Positions 1-14,306 of a DNA stretch of 64,000 nucleotides are shown here, piece after piece. Origin of the DNA: Squalus acanthias. Its lineage: Eukaryota. Where the stretch lies: positions 110,052,001 through 110,116,000 of the forward strand of contig CM059431.1 in the NCBI GenBank assembly GCA_030390025.1, read 5' to 3'. Every line of letters begins with the position of its first letter. Within the stretch, counting starts at the first letter, position 1. The notes under the pieces were generated by a model. That model was not told where the DNA came from, did no database searches, and saw only the letters and a list, made by a program, of their open reading frames with translations. The translations under genes and the position numbers were made by a program.

Positions 1-192
1 AAGGGAATTAGGGGTTACGGTGAGCGGGCAGGAAATTGGACATGAGGCTGAGTTCGGATCGGTCAGGGCCCTGTGGGTGGCGGAGCGGGCCCAGGGGCTG
101 AGTGGCCGGGTCCTGCTCCTACTTCTTGTGTTCTTTAGATTTGAGGTTAGGATCAGATCAACCATGATCTTAATGAATGGCGGAGCAGGCTC
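1..192 (+). mobile_element. CR1 LINE 3' end fragment
   Basis: End of ORF2 (KGIRGYGERAGNWT) followed by a 3'UTR related to those at 41800-42084 and 29339-29640. Confidence 0.8.
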
Positions 193-786
193 CTTCATAG
201 CATGTGAAAATAAATAGCTATAGTTATGATCAGACTCACTTAATTCAATCAATCTGAATTGTCTTCACAAAATAATTAACAAGCTATGCTTTCCCCATCA
301 GTGGGTCATCTCACTTGACATGAACAGAAATAACTCCTACTTGTTAAATTTCTGAGCCATGCCTCTGCTGGATCTGAATGCCAGTGTGTGTGTCTCTGCC
401 TCGATCATCAGTCTCCCTGTGTTCACAAGTGGAGGGAAGGACCTGTGCCAGACACCTCCTACCAAGTGCCCGGAACTAGCACAGTGGGTGTGAGCTGTTT
501 ATCAATCACTGAGACAAGCTAATAAAATACTTAATGTTTACAGACTTTGAAGATAGTTTGCATTTTAACCACCTATCCTCTCGGTGCTTTTTTAAAACTT
601 AGTGAATATACTTCGATTTTAAAAATCCAACATTTAAGTGCAGCTCTCTTTTGAGACCCCTTCTGTGGAAAAATGGTCAAAAATCCTGAAACATGACTAT
701 TATGCAATTTAGAGTCATGGGAAAATGCTAAATGTTTCAGGCACATTTATTTAACACTCAACCTTTTCAATGCTTAAAATCTTTAG

Positions 787-920
787 AGCTATGAATCCGA
801 AAGGAGAACTCGCTCTGATCTTGAAGTCCGTTGTCAGCGCCTCACATTGGAACTAGCAGACACCAAGCAACTTATTCAGCAAGCGGACTATAAGAGAGCG
901 AATTATGACCGGGTAAAGCA
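787..920 (+). CDS. PIBF1: PIBF1 internal coding exon (first in window, probably exon 6)
   Basis: ctttag acceptor, gtaagt donor; translates [44 protein letters not shown], matching recalled vertebrate PIBF1 ([21 protein letters not shown]); 134 nt, ends in phase 2. Confidence 0.95.
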
Positions 921-1061
921 GTAAGTACACTCATGTTAGTCTTTTGTGGTAATTTTATCTATGATTATACATTTGTTTTGTGCACAACTTCAAATATGGG
1001 CCCAAAACCTGAAAGAGATAAAAATAGTAGCCATTTTGCAACTGACAAAACCCCACTTGTA

Positions 1062-2716
1062 GGCCACGATTTTACGGGCGCTCAGAGGGCAGGTTCGGAG
1101 GCGGGTCTGCTGTCAAAATCGAAATGATTGACAGCAGGTTGGAGCCCGCTCCGAACCCACCTCCATATAAGTTTCCAAAGTGTCGGGTCTGCGATTTCAG
1201 AACAGACCCGACACCATGTGGCGGGGGAGGCATTTAAGATAGTTAAATGCTTGTTAACTACTATTTTGCCAGCCTATTTCTATTCCACCACTTTTTTAAC
1301 GAGGTTCACGTCGTTCGGAGATCACGTCAGGCAAGTAGGTCAGGTTCTCTATGTCTCCCCATTGCTGTGATTAGGTGACGGCTGCAAAAGTGGTATGAAA
1401 GCTACCATTTCACAGCTGTTCACTTTCCAATGTCAGAAGCTTGAGCCTTGAGGACTTGGAAGACACTTTTGAGCTTTACGCAGTTTGGAAGTGTTTGGAG
1501 TCAACTCTCTATTCACTGTCACCTCCTTGGAGCAAGCTCTCTCACCAGTGACAGATCACTTCTGTCATCTCAGCTTCAGCTGCCATCTATTCCAGCAACA
1601 TCTTGAAGCAGCCCTTGAAAAATCTCACCTTGGTCCTCCGAATCCCTCCACGATCAGCCCCAACACCAACATCACCAGGCACACCAACATCAACACAACA
1701 CCAACCTTCTCCGCAATCACCTGATGCTGCACAGGACACAAGACATCAGCACCCGACAACATTGCTGCCCGGGAGGCCAGCGATGGCATCACCATGGCCA
1801 GATTTACTTCACTTGATGCTGCACACCCTGGCTGCCACATGATGCGTCAGGTTGACACCACCCCACACCAGCACCATAAAGCATCCCTGCAATGTCCAAG
1901 CCATTCCTTTCACACTCATCATAATTGGGGGTGAGGGGAGAAGTTATGCCTCAACATTCACTGGAACACACTAAGACACTTCCAAAGGTGAGCACAGATC
2001 TGTCCAATAAGGTAAAGTGTGGAAAATAAAGATTTCAATGTTTGACAACACATTAACAGAAAATTTACATGAACATTGCATAAAACACCCAAGTGCCTAC
2101 CCTTGTGTGTTGTTAGTTGGTATGATTGCACTAGGGTGAGTGTGAGGGGTGGCTACTGAGACGGGAAAGTGATAATGTAGATAGAGAGGGATGGGTGGAG
2201 GTGCAAGGTAAGGTGGTGTGAGTAAGGATGTGCAGGAGTAGGGTAGGGAAGGCAGAGTGATGGGGGATGTGATGAGTGGCACAGCAGGTTGGGTGTAGAT
2301 TTGCAGTAACTTTTCGTGACCTACTGAGATCAATGAATGGATTGTGCAACTGCAGCCTGGTCCTCCTGACGACATCCCTGCTTGTGTCCTCCTCTGCAAT
2401 GTGCAACCAGGCTGCGTTGGTGTCCCGGGGAGGTCTCTTCCGCCCTTGGAAGGGAAGAGAACCTCCCTGCGTGCTGTGATTCTCTCCATAAGCACATGGA
2501 GGGAGTCATGAGTGAGCCTGGGTGCAGCCATGGTCCCTTTAAGGAAACCAGCTGATGACGCGTCATCAAATGACGTCATCAGACTCGCTTCCTTTTGGCC
2601 AGGAACCTCGCAGGGCGGGCTTAACAAGCTAAATCTACGTAAAATCCTTTTCACAGAGCGGCTGGAGCCGGGACCTGCCAACGACCTATCCCGCCTACGA
2701 TGGCGAAATTGCGGCT
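1062..2716 (-). mobile_element. Non-autonomous PIF/Harbinger-like DNA transposon, family A copy 1 (strand = Myb ORF)
   Basis: TIR ggccacgatttt ... gaaattgcggct; 3-bp TSD GTA at 1059-1061 and 2717-2719; frameshifted Myb/SANT-like coding sequence on the minus strand. Confidence 0.85.
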
Positions 2717-3833
2717 GTACTGTGGACTGTCTCTGATATGAATTGCATTGCACTTCACTTCCGTGAGATAGTTCTATGCTCGGATGACTTATTTTGAAAG
2801 CACAAATGGGCAGACATTGGATTTCCTCAGGTCTTTTTTAACTCGGTTTGACACCATATTGGAGTTACACTCTGTGGCATTAAAGCCAAGTGGAATAAAG
2901 TGGCTTGCTTAAGGATGTCATACCACTGCATTCTTGTGTTGGACTGGGTCGTAACTGGAGTTATATTGTCACTTGTGCGATGTTTTCTCTGAATCCTTAA
3001 TGACTGTGTAGGCCTAGGAGAAAATCAATGAATTAAATTACCCAGGAACGTACGTAGGGGTTAGCAGTTATCCTACGTTCTAAAGTTCCCATTTAATTTA
3101 GGTCTGTCATTATTCGTTGGTGTCTTAGACATCTGAAGTAGAAGGTAGCACTGAGAAGCTCATTCCAGGGAGAGAATGTAAAGCAGGTGGTACTGTGGAG
3201 CATAGCACCACACTGCTACCCTGCTTTTGGAGGATTGAAATGTAAGTATAATGTTCAATATGCATACCTTACAATTTAAAAGTACTACCCATGCATGACA
3301 GAAATAGTGTGACAAACGAAGTGTGCCAAACAGCAGGTGTGTGCTAGATGGAAGTCATGTATATTAGCAAATCCCCTGTGGCATTGCACGTGGTGAGTCA
3401 GAGGATTTGCTGAAGTGTGATGTCTAAAGTGTAAGGCTTAAAGAAAGTGTGCGCTATACAGCAGACTTCTAATATATGACAAGACACTGAACTTATGACG
3501 AATAGTTATTCCTGTGAATGGCCTCGTACTTATCTGTTTATATACATAGCCGGTGAGTAGGTGATAAATAGTTTCAGCATGGTCTTTGGTTCTATTGAAT
3601 CAGAATGTAATGAGTGAAAAATCAGTCGTACCTAATGGATATCAATGCTCTTCAGAAAGAGCAATCTAAGCTGATTAATCAACAGGAATCATGACAACAA
3701 CATAACACAAAGTTTTGACATATAATTCTGAAATTATAAATTGTTGATATAGCATTTTGCCATTATAAATGTTGACATAAAAACAAGACTCAAAACTTGA
3801 CACAGGAAGTAAGTTTAATGGGGTTAGGTAGTT

Positions 3834-4455
3834 ACATACGAACATATGAATTAGGAGCAGGAGTAGGCCACTCGGCCCTTCGAGCCTGCTCCGCCATTCA
3901 ATAAGATCATGGCTGATCCGATTACTCCACATTCCCGCCTACCCCCGATAACTTTTCATCCCCTTGCTTACCAAGAATCTATCTACCTCTGCCTTAAAAA
4001 TATTCAAAGACTCTGCTTCCACCGCCCTCTGAGGAAGAGAGTTCCAAAGACTCACGACCCTCTGTGAGAAAAAATTTGTCATCTCTGTCTTAAATGGGTG
4101 ACCCCTTATTTTTAAACAGTGACCCCTAGTTCTAGATTCTCCCACAAGAGGAAACATCCTCTTCACATCCACCCTGTCCAGACCCCTCAGCATCTTATAT
4201 GTTTCAATCAAGTCACCTCTTACTCTTCTAAACTCCAGCGGATACAAGCCTAGCCTGTCCAACCTTTCCTCATAAGACAATCCGCCAATTCCAGGTATTA
4301 GTCGAGTAAACCTTCTCTGAACTGCTTCCAACGCATTTACATCCTTCCTTAAATAAGGAGACCAATACCCTGTATAACTGAAGCATAACCTGCCTACTTT
4401 TGTATTCAATTCCCCTCGCAATAAACGTTAACATTCTATTAGCTTTCCTAATTAC
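3834..4455 (-). mobile_element. CR1 LINE, 5'-truncated
   Basis: ORF 3939-4421 (LEAVQRRFTRLIPG, SYEERL, RGDLIE, WNSLP) plus CR1 3'UTR and tail. Confidence 0.9.
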
Positions 4456-4643
4456 TTTGTTGCAGCTATTTGCAAGCGTTCTAATGTACTAGAGATATCT
4501 ACACACAAACAAAGGCTGTGATAAAACCTCATGATAAAAGCTGTTTTATTTGATATCTGCTGAGTTTTGGGGGTGGAAAATGTATGAGTTGTTTTTAACT
4601 CTGCACGTATGTGCCTGGTCACATTCCATGTGATTTGTTTCAG

Positions 4644-4752
4644 TGAGAGAGATGCACTTGATCGGGAGACTTCAGAGCTCAGGAAAAGGCTAGAATTACT
4701 TGAAGTCACACATAAGGCACAAACTAAGGAGAGAAATGACTTATCCAAAGAG
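4644..4752 (+). CDS. PIBF1: PIBF1 coding exon
   Basis: tttcag / gtatgt; (H)[36 protein letters not shown]; 109 nt, phase-compatible with both neighbours. Confidence 0.95.
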
Positions 4753-4883
4753 GTATGTACATTGATGTAGAAGTTTGCTGTCCTTAGGGTTAATGTGTCT
4801 TCTAACTCATACTGGATGTTTACTGACTTACTTTCTTCTTCAGTTTATCAATTGTCAGGAAATCTAACAGTACTACACTTGCG

Positions 4884-5195
4884 TGTCAGCCTTGACTCAG
4901 TGGTAGCCCTCTGTCCTCTGAGTCAGAAGGTCTTGTCTTCAAGCTGTGCTCCAGAGACTTGAACACATAAGCTAAGGCTGACATTTTGGTGAAGCACTGA
5001 GGGAGTATTGCACTGTCGGAAATGCCATCTTTTGGATGAGACGTTAAACTGAGGCTCCATCTCCTCTATCACGTGGACGTAAAAGGTCCCATAGCACTAT
5101 TCAAAGAGTAGCATGGGTTTATCGCGGTGTCCTGGTCGACATTTATCCCACAGCCAACATGACCAAAGCGGTGTATCTGGTCATTTATCTTATTG
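4884..5195 (+). mobile_element. tRNA-derived Deu-domain SINE, 3'-truncated
   Basis: Aligns by eye to the full copy at 34476-34937; core ggatgagacgttaaac...ggacgtaaaag. Confidence 0.85.
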
Positions 5196-6620
5196 GTTCA
5201 AATAACCACTTTTCTGTTATTAATCAAATATCCAATTGACTAAATGTGAATGGACTAAAAGTTCAAAAAATACCCAGGATAAATCAGTAACCAGCTGGAA
5301 ACCAATCGAGCAACTGCCTAATTTTTTGCTAAAGGTAGCATTCATAAACCAGCAAGTACCACAAAACCGACCAGAATTGTAGCTTTCACCCTGTTTTCAA
5401 ATCATTTAAGTAATTCCAGTGCACTTTTCAGCCAACATCTCCATCATTCCCTCCAGTCTGTGCATTCAGCTAGAAATAACACAATTCATAAAATATCAAT
5501 ACACTTAACTAGACAATTGGCTATTTAGTATTATGCCTGTAAGATGTTTCTCCATGTCGACCTTCCCTTCTGTCTGTCTAAAGCCGAGCTTGAGTTGGAA
5601 ATTTCACCTGGGCTTTGGGTGTTGAGGATTTCCGGCTGCTCTGGACAAATTCTGTATATGTGACGGATGCATCATGTGCTTTGTAGTTTCACCCTGCTAC
5701 TGTGGGGCTGCAGTACGTGGAATACATCACAACAATGATAAAGAAAAAGACCAGAGGTTTAGAGCTCATCTTGGCGAGAGAAAGCAAGCTATCATAAAAA
5801 TTGTAATTTTTCACCCTGTTTCTGTGGAAGTGAATCATCCAGAGTGTACTGTAATAACTGGGTAGAAGATTTTCAAGTAACTATCATGTGCAAATGGCAG
5901 ACAAAAAAACATTTATAAAAAAATTGTTTAATTTTTATTTGTACTGTATTCTAAGTAAAGATGTTGGGTTGATTTTATTTCCCTGTTGCTGAACAAGACT
6001 TGGATTGACACTAGTTTTAGAGGGAAATGCTCATGAGGCATTTTGATGCTGACCTCCAACATTGTGACTGAGTCAGGTCGCCCCAGATCATGGCAAATGA
6101 CCACCTGTTCAAGTGCTTGTCACTGGGTACTTGATCTCCCTTGCCATAATGCACCAGCAATATCTTCATCAAATCTACATATCCATCATTGGAGGTAGAG
6201 GGAGAATATATCTTTTATAATAGTGTAAAACAATTAAGGAAAAAATGAAGAGGGTTTTTAGGGAGGGTGGAGGGAAGAATAAATATAGTGCTTGCATCTT
6301 AATTAAATACTGGAAATTCACTGTTGGAGGTTGAGCAAAAAATAATATTGATAAATATCTGGGATTGAGAGGTTTTAGGGAGGGAAGAACAAGTGAAGTT
6401 ACTAGCTTGTTAAACAGGTTTTGCAAAGTGACGTATTTCATGCATACTGGGTCCAAAGTAAATGTCAGTTCTTTTGGAACTTGGTATACAAATGTGGCCA
6501 CAATGCCAATCGAACACTCGCCACGATATTTATGAACTAGAAGGGAGCATCTGATATTCTAAAGTTCAATTCGGGTTTGATTTGTACTATCGTGAAAAAT
6601 GGTGATGTGGAAATGGTGCC

Positions 6621-6725
6621 ACATAGAAACATAGAAACTAGGAGCAGAAGTAGGCCATTCGGCCCGTCGAGCCTGCTCCACCATTCAATACGATCATGGC
6701 TGATCATCCAAATCCAGTACCCTGT
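6621..6725 (-). mobile_element. CR1 3' tail fragment
   Basis: (catagaaa)n tail plus 3'UTR ggagcagaagtaggccattcggccc. Confidence 0.8.
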
Positions 6726-7186
6726 GGTACTACATTGTAGTATTGAAAGAACCACAACACTAACTTGTATGACCACTGAAAACCAAAGCCTGATCATGTG
6801 TGTAAAGCACCACTTTCCGCAAAAGCCATTAACACAAATTATTCTCAGTTGTGGGTTTTATGTTCTATGTTGACCTGAAATGCTTTGACTATTTTTAAAT
6901 AGTCACTGTTCATAATTCAATATGTGATTAAGAAATGGAGTACTTTTTGTGAAGATTTTAATATTAAATGCGACTGACTAAATACTTGGTGTAGAATTTG
7001 CAGTATTTATGGAACTCACAATTTGAGTACAGTTTCAGTGTCGGAAGTCTGGTTAATAACAACCTTGCTTGAAAATGTACGCCATCTTAGAATGTATTTG
7101 TCCATTTATAACTGTTCAAATCATGAAAGAACACATTTAAAATTCAGTGACCTTTAATCAAAGCTGTTTCTCTGTGCCCCATACAG

Positions 7187-7368
7187 GTGGCAGCATTGCA
7201 ACAGTCTGTTAGTTTGCTGCAAAAAGATAAAGAATACTTGAATCGCCAAAATATGGAACTCAATGTCCGCTGTGCTCATGAAGAAGACCGTATAGAACGT
7301 CTCCAAACTCACCTTGAGGAGGCAAAGCGAGCAAGGGAAGAAATGTATGAAAAATATGTGATTTCAAG
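7187..7368 (+). CDS. PIBF1: PIBF1 coding exon
   Basis: atacag / gtatgt; [76 protein letters not shown] is a PIBF1 hallmark; 182 nt. Confidence 0.97.
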
Positions 7369-8376
7369 GTATGTCATATTGTCTTCGATTTAGATTTTTA
7401 TATTAAAATGAAGGATTCCTTTTCAGTTCATTGACCTGACAGTGCGATTCCATGGTTCAAAATGATTCTCAGTGCCTTAGGACAGGAGACCCCAGATGCA
7501 CAGCGTCCCCTTCCCTTGTCTAGTACAATCCAGCACTGTGATCTTCTGATGAAACACAAATGAGGTTGTTGTGAATTTGCTGTCACTTGTTTCAAAAGCT
7601 GTACACAGAAGCATTGCAATTTTTGCACCTTCATCACTGGCATTATGTGCGTTCCACTTCAATTTTCTTAATTATGGGAATAATCCTGTTGAATTTCTGT
7701 GACGTCTCCGAGACACGATGGCGGTGTTGATTTTATGAATGTTAAACAGATTATTGTGTAAAACAGTGCTGTAAATTTATTTAACATTCCTTCAGATAAA
7801 TAGTAGTAGAAATTAAAAATGTTACTAAAGCATGTCAAATCACAGATCGCAAATCAGCTTGTATTGCATCCTTTTAAATTATAGAAAAATATAAATTCTT
7901 GTAGAGAATCCCACATATAGAAACGTTTGAAAACCAGTGCTGTACACAGACTGCCACATCAAGCTATGCAATGAAGGTAAATTGAGATTACTTAATTACT
8001 TTCACAAAAACTTGTATCTAATTTACAACAGTTTGCACGATGCATAAGCTTTTATCTCAAAACCAGGATGAGTAAATCATGCTTCCGCATATACAAGACT
8101 TCAGAACCCTTTCTATTTAATTACTTCTGGAGTTGCCATGACATATAATTTCCATTCTGTCAAAAGCCCTGAACCGATAATGTTAAAAGCATTTTTAGAA
8201 TTTGTTAGATGTTAACTTTTAAACAATTTAAACTGTACAAACGTACTACTAATGTTGTGGAAGTTCTGTACAAAATGCTAGGTTGTGGATTGAGCTCCAC
8301 ATATGCCTCCTATAATCCAGATATCAATTTTATCATTCATTTCACGTGACATAGTTTGGTGCAAGTCTTTATTACC

Positions 8377-9185
8377 GGCTCTACCTCACCACCACCTCTC
8401 TCGACACCTCCATTGCATCTGTGTTGTCAGACTGCTTATCTGACATCCAGTCCTGAATGAACCAAAATTTCCTCCAGTTAATCATTGGGAAGCCACTGTC
8501 TTGGGCTGAACCAGACTGTTCGCAAACTTGGTGTCCTATTTGACCCTGAGCTGAGCTTCTGACACCATAGCTTCGTCATCACCAAAACTGCTTACTTTCT
8601 CCTTTGTAATACTGCCCATTAATGACCCTGCCTTGGCCCATCTGCTGCTGAAACCTTCATCCATGCTTTTGTTATCTCCAGACTCCACTATTCTAATGCT
8701 CTCCTGGATGGCTACCCAGCTTCCACCCTCTAGAAACTTAAAAGCTCATCCAAAACTCTGCTACCCGTATCCTAACTTGCACCAAGTCGTGTTCATTCAT
8801 CAGCCCTGTGCTCGCTGACCTGCATTGGCTCCCGGTCCACCAACACCTCGATTTTAAAATCCTCATCATCACGTCCCTCCCTTTCTCTGTAACCTCCTTT
8901 ATCCCTACCACCCTCTGAGAACTCTACGTTCCTCTGCCTCTGGCCTCTTGTGCATCCCCCCACTTCCTTCGCCCCACCATTGACGGCCTTGCCTTCAGCC
9001 ATCTCGGCCTTGAGTTCTATAATACCCTCTGTCACCCTCTCCCTCTCCTTCTTTCAGATCCTCCTTAAAAACTAGGCCTTTGTCCTAATGTCTCCTTCTT
9101 TGGTTCGGTGTCAATTTTTTGCCTGATTATGTTCCTGTGAAGCACGTAGAGACATTTTACTGCGTTAAATGCACATTGTTGTTGA
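8377..9185 (+). mobile_element. L2-like LINE 3' fragment
   Basis: Degraded counterpart of 10630-11393. Confidence 0.75.
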
Positions 9186-9763
9186 CCATCATTGAATTAT
9201 TCATTTATGAGGCAAAACATTATTGTGCCAGGAGTATAAACGCAAGAACAAGCTCGTCTGATTGTAGGATGTGTACCATGATTATGCATTTTATTAGCAC
9301 ACACTGGCTTTTGTACAGTGCTTAACTTAACATTTAATTCAGTTTAAAAGCGAAAATGAAAGCAATTTTGATTATTTTATTAAATACCCTTATTCCACAT
9401 GGCCGCAAAGTTTTCACTTATCAGCAACAGATTGGAAATAGATATAACTGAATGTAGATGGCCCTTTAAAATTTGTGTAAGAATCCATATTAATAGAAGG
9501 ATCAAAATGAAGCAGTAGTGTACACAAACTTTGCACACATCTTTGTTATATTGAGAAAATTTTGAAACCTATCTCACAAGTAAAACACTTGTGTCTAACT
9601 TCACGAAATTTACATTAATATTGTTCTTCAGCTTGATTCATTGCTATAAGTATTTTAGTTAGTTGTGTCATAGACCTGTAAAATTCACCATTTTATTCTT
9701 TTTTTTAAATTCTTCTTTTGATGTTGAAGATAAATATTAAAACATTTTAAACTTCTTTTAAAG

Positions 9764-9889
9764 GGACCACTACAAAAATGAATACGAAGATAAGCTTCGT
9801 CATGAACTGGAGCAGATCCGAGTGAAAACAGACCAGGAAATTGAGCATCTTCGAAGTGGCTCCAAAGAAATGTATGAGAGGGAAAACAG
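9764..9889 (+). CDS. PIBF1: PIBF1 coding exon
   Basis: tttaaag / gtaaaa; (R)[41 protein letters not shown]; 126 nt. Confidence 0.96.
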
Positions 9890-10250
9890 GTAAAACATCC
9901 ATAGTCTGTAAAAGAAGAGATTGAGTGAACTCCTACAGTTCCTACTCCTAAACTGCAAAGAAGCGGAAGTGAGTAGTGAGACAAAAAGAAAAAGCAACTC
10001 AAAGACATCAGGGAAGGGTGAGAGAGTAACCATATTCTCTGACTTGCCACATACAATGCGATGAGAGACTGCCTAGTGTGTTAAGAACAATTTTAAGGCA
10101 TTATTCTCCATAACAGTTCTGGGAACCACATCAGTCAGAGTATTACTGTGGAGAATTATTCATGAGATACTTGAACCATGCTTATTTTAGACAGCAGCTA
10201 TTGGAGGGGTGGGAGGGAGCAAGAGAGGATGGTTAGAAATTTATCAACCA

Positions 10251-10600
10251 AGCTACCCGATGGCTCAGTAAGCTTATCCAGGGAGTAGCTGAGCGATATA
10301 GACCAAGAAAGTCCTTGTCTTGGCCGATCTCAGCTGGGACACCAGTCAAGGTGTAACAGTTGCTCACAGTAAAAAATCAGCTAGGTTTCCCATGATTGCT
10401 GTTCAACAACCCCTGCTGGAAGCACATATGTGGACACTGGATGAGGTCAGAATTGCATTGGGCTTTGATGTCCCACACTGGGATGGGTTACTGGCGTGTA
10501 ATTGGCCCATGTAGCTGTACCTCAGCAAGGATTCAATACCTTTCCCGAAAATTTGCGAGAAAAAGAAATTCGGACTATATTTTAACGAGAACGGGCTGAG
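10251..10600 (+). repeat. Old diverged SINE-like interspersed repeat
   Basis: A-box-like gatggctcagt head; loosely similar copy at about 24750-25135 and a fragment at about 11420-11570. Confidence 0.45.
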
Positions 10601-10629
10601 AAATTAGGTGAAAGCTGTCTTTGTCACAA

Positions 10630-11393
10630 ACTCCATTAGCTAGCCACCGACTCCATCCCTGTCCCTGGCAGCTGTCTGAGGCTGAACCAGACTGTTCGGA
10701 ATCTTGGTGTCGTATTTGTCCCTGAGATGAGTTTCCGACCACATATCCGCGCCATCACTAAGACCGCCTACTTCCACCTCTGTAACATCGCCTGACTCTG
10801 CCCCTACCTCAGCTCATCTGCTGCTGAAACCCTCATGTATGCTTTTGTTACCTTATAGATTTGACTATTCCAATGCTCTCCTGGCCGGCCTCCCATCTTT
10901 CACTCTACATAAACTTGAGCTCATCCAAAACTCTGCTGCCCGTATCCTAACTCGCACCAAGTCTCGTTCACCCATCACCCCTGTGCTCGTTGACCTACAT
11001 TGGCTCCCGGATGAGCAAAACCTCGATTTTAAAATTCTCATCCTGGTGTTCAAATCCTCCCTATCTCTGTAACCTCCTCCAGCCCTACAACCCTCCTAGA
11101 TATCTGCACTTCTCTAATTCTGGCCTCTTGCACGTCCCCGACTTTAATCGCTCCACCATTGGCGGCTGTGCCTTCAGCTGCCGAGGCCCTAAGCTCTGGA
11201 ATTCCCTCCCTAAACCTCTCCGCCTTGCTTTCCTCCTTTTAAGACGCTCCTTAAAACCTACCTCTATGACCTCATCAGCCTTAATATCTCCTTATGTGGC
11301 TCAGTGTCACATTGTGTTTGATAATCGCTCCTGTGAAGCGCCTTGGGACGTTTTGCTACGTTAAAAGCGTTATATAAATGCAAGTTGTTATTG
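10630..11393 (+). mobile_element. L2-like LINE 3' fragment
   Basis: RFDYSNALLAGLP...LELIQNSAARILT...ITPVLVDLHWLP and LWNSLP; tail gcgccttgggacgttt...tatataaatgcaagttg. Confidence 0.9.
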
Positions 11394-12579
11394 AAATAAG
11401 AATGCGCCATGTAATGTTCCTCTATGGGCCAAATGGATTAAGGTGATCACAGATTCAGTCTCCAATCTGTTAGCCAATATCAGGGGGAAAAAATCAGTTT
11501 GGTTTCCCCTTCCTGATCAGATCTAGTGGACCAGCATCAGTGGCTGCCTTCAGGGAAGGAGAGCTAAAGAGAGAAAATTAGAGAAGAAGCCACCTAAAAA
11601 TGGTTACGGGTGTCATCTACCAGGGGAGGCCGTATCTTGTTTTAATTTATACTTCTGATTCTTCCTGTGCTTTAGTTTGTGAAGGTGAATATATTTAATA
11701 GTATTAGAGCATATTTTTAAGTTACAAGTGAAACACTGATTATCTCATATATTATTATTTAATTTTTTTCCCCCACAGCCAAGGTATTCTGCCCCAAAGA
11801 ATGTTTCCAAAAAGTTTTGTTTTGACAGCATATGATAGCACAGATTCTTTTAAATCAATATTTCATAATCGTGATCAGAAAGGCATGCACTTCAAAGTAA
11901 GCATTCTAAATGCTCAGCAGGCAATCAAAGAGATGTTCATTTTCTGTGATTTAGATGCACAGACAGTACTGTCTTAGCTAATGACTTGATCACATTGAAG
12001 GTGAATGCACAAATTAAAAATATAATTTATAGGCCAGATTACAAACATGCAGTATTAAGTCTACAACTGCACTGGAAACTGAGATTATAGTAGGTTAGAC
12101 AAAACACACGTGTTGGCATCCGTATGCATGCATGTCTCATAAGTAATTCCTGGTAATGTTCCATTTTATACAAATGATCAAGTTCAGTCTTGTACCATAC
12201 ACGGTAAGCAATTATGTCATTCGCCATTTTAATATGCACACAGTGTTAAATGAATTTAATCTAGGTATTTATAATAAGCTAAACATGTTTGTTATTGCAT
12301 TATTTAGTTTAATCACTTAGTTTGATCTTGTGCATAGGGCTATGAAAGATCCTGTTTCAGGTATTTTAAAATAATTTTTTTTTAAAAGGATGAAGCTGAG
12401 AAATTCTTTTAAATGCAGGTTTTGAGGTGTCATTTTTTTTTCAGTCCTTGCAAGTGTTTGGTAGAGTGGACCAGCATATTGTTCAAATTTATAAATTAAC
12501 AAAATAAAGTGCAATACAAACGGGGGAAAAAAGCTGCAAGCACTCAGTAGGTCGGGCAGCATCTGTGGAGAGAGACAGA

Positions 12580-14306
12580 GGTCGTGATTTTCCCTACCTC
12601 GGCGAGTCCATGGAGGGCGACGTCGGTGGCGGGTCCCGGCCCCACTCCTTGCTCCATCCCGGCCTCCGACATGACTTCCCCCTGATTGGGCGAGTTTCCC
12701 GGCAAATTGAAGGAAGCGGGTATGATGACGTCAGACGCGTCATCAGCCGGTTTCCTTAAAGGGACCGTGCGCAAATTTACTTTGACATTTATGCTGTCAG
12801 TGTTCTACAGCATTGAGGTGCTGTAAACACTGACAAGCACTGCACAAAGATGCAGGGCTGCACCCAGGCTCTCCCATGACTCCCTCCATATACTTATGGA
12901 GGGAGTCCCAGTATGCAGGGAGGTTCTCTTCCCTTCCCATGGGCGGAAGAGACCTCCCCAGGAGACCAACGCAGCCTGGTTGCACATTACAGAGGAGGAC
13001 ACAAGCAGGGATGTCGTCAGGGGGATCAGGCTGCAGTGGCGCAAACCTTTCAATGATCTCGGTAGATCACGAAACGTTACTGCAAAGCCACACTCAACCT
13101 CATCCTGCTGTGCCACTCATCACATCCCCATCACTCTGCCTTCCCTACCCTACTCCTGCACATCCCTACTCTCACCAACTTACCTTGCACCTCCACCCAT
13201 CCCTCTCTATCTACATCATCACTTCCCCATCTCACTAGCCATCCCTCACACTCACCCTTATCCTAGTCCAATCATACCAACTAACAACACACAAGGGTAG
13301 ACACTTGTGTGTTTTAGCCAATGTTCATGTGAAGTTTCTGTTAATGTGCTGTCAAACATTGAAATCTTTATTTTCAACACTTTGCGTTCTTGGACAGATT
13401 TGTGTGCACCTTTGGAAGTGGCTTAATGAGTTGCAGTGAATGGTGAGACATAAAGGTACCCCCCGCAATGCTGACGAGTGTGAAAGGAATGACTTGGGCA
13501 TTGTAGGGATGCTTTATGGTGTTGGTGTAGGTTGGTGCCAACCTGGCGCATCATGTGGCAGCCAGGGTGTGCAGTGTCAAGTGAAGTAAATCTGACCATG
13601 GTGAGGACATCCCTGACGTCCCGGGCAGCAATGTGGTCGGGTGCTGATGCCCTCTGTCCTGTGCAGCATCAGGTGATTGTGGAGAAAGTTGGTGCTCCTG
13701 GTGATGCTGGTGTTGGGGCTGATCGTGGTCAGATTCTGAGGACCAAGCTGAGAGAGTATAAAGTGTGTGTATATTGATAGAATAGATGGCAGGTGAAGTA
13801 GAGATGACAGAAGCGATCTGTCAATGGTGAGAGAGCTAATGAGGTCAGACTGGATGGAGACTTGTGCAAAGTCTTGCAGCATTCTGAATCTAATGGGAAT
13901 GCAATTTAGAGAAGCTAGTGATTAAGGGAACATTTCTCCATCAGCTGGGAGCTTTGACTTGACATTTGAAGCTGTCAACTCATCAGATGATTCAATGCCC
14001 AGTGACCTCCCGCCTCAGCTTCACATACGAGGTCTAGGCACAGCGGGAAACTGGTGGGCGACCTGTCAAATTCAAAAAGCTGGGGGAAATAAATCATTGT
14101 TAAGTGGCTGTAAACAAGCCACTAATGATTTGAATTGGGTCCCCCGCCGCTGCCTGTAGGGTCTGCTCAGCGTTGGCAGCCCCAACATCTAGAAATGCAG
14201 GTGTGCGCGTTTTGACAGCGGGTTCCCAACCCGCTGTCAATCATTTTAAATTTCACAGCTGACCCGCCGCCAATCGGGTCCGCTGAGCGCCAGCAAAATT
14301 GCGGCC
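12580..14306 (+). mobile_element. Harbinger-like family A copy 2 (inverted relative to the other full copies)
   Basis: TIR ggtcgtgatttt / aaaattgcggcc; TSD AGA at 12577-12579 and 14307-14309; Myb-like ORF 12896-13300; removing it restores the Penelope-terminus sequence ...gagagacAGAgttaccatttcaggtcgatgacc. Confidence 0.9.

Noticed and set aside
7187..7393. Stand-alone ORFs at 7187-7393 and 63050-63244
   Set aside because: They are PIBF1 exons read through their splice sites.
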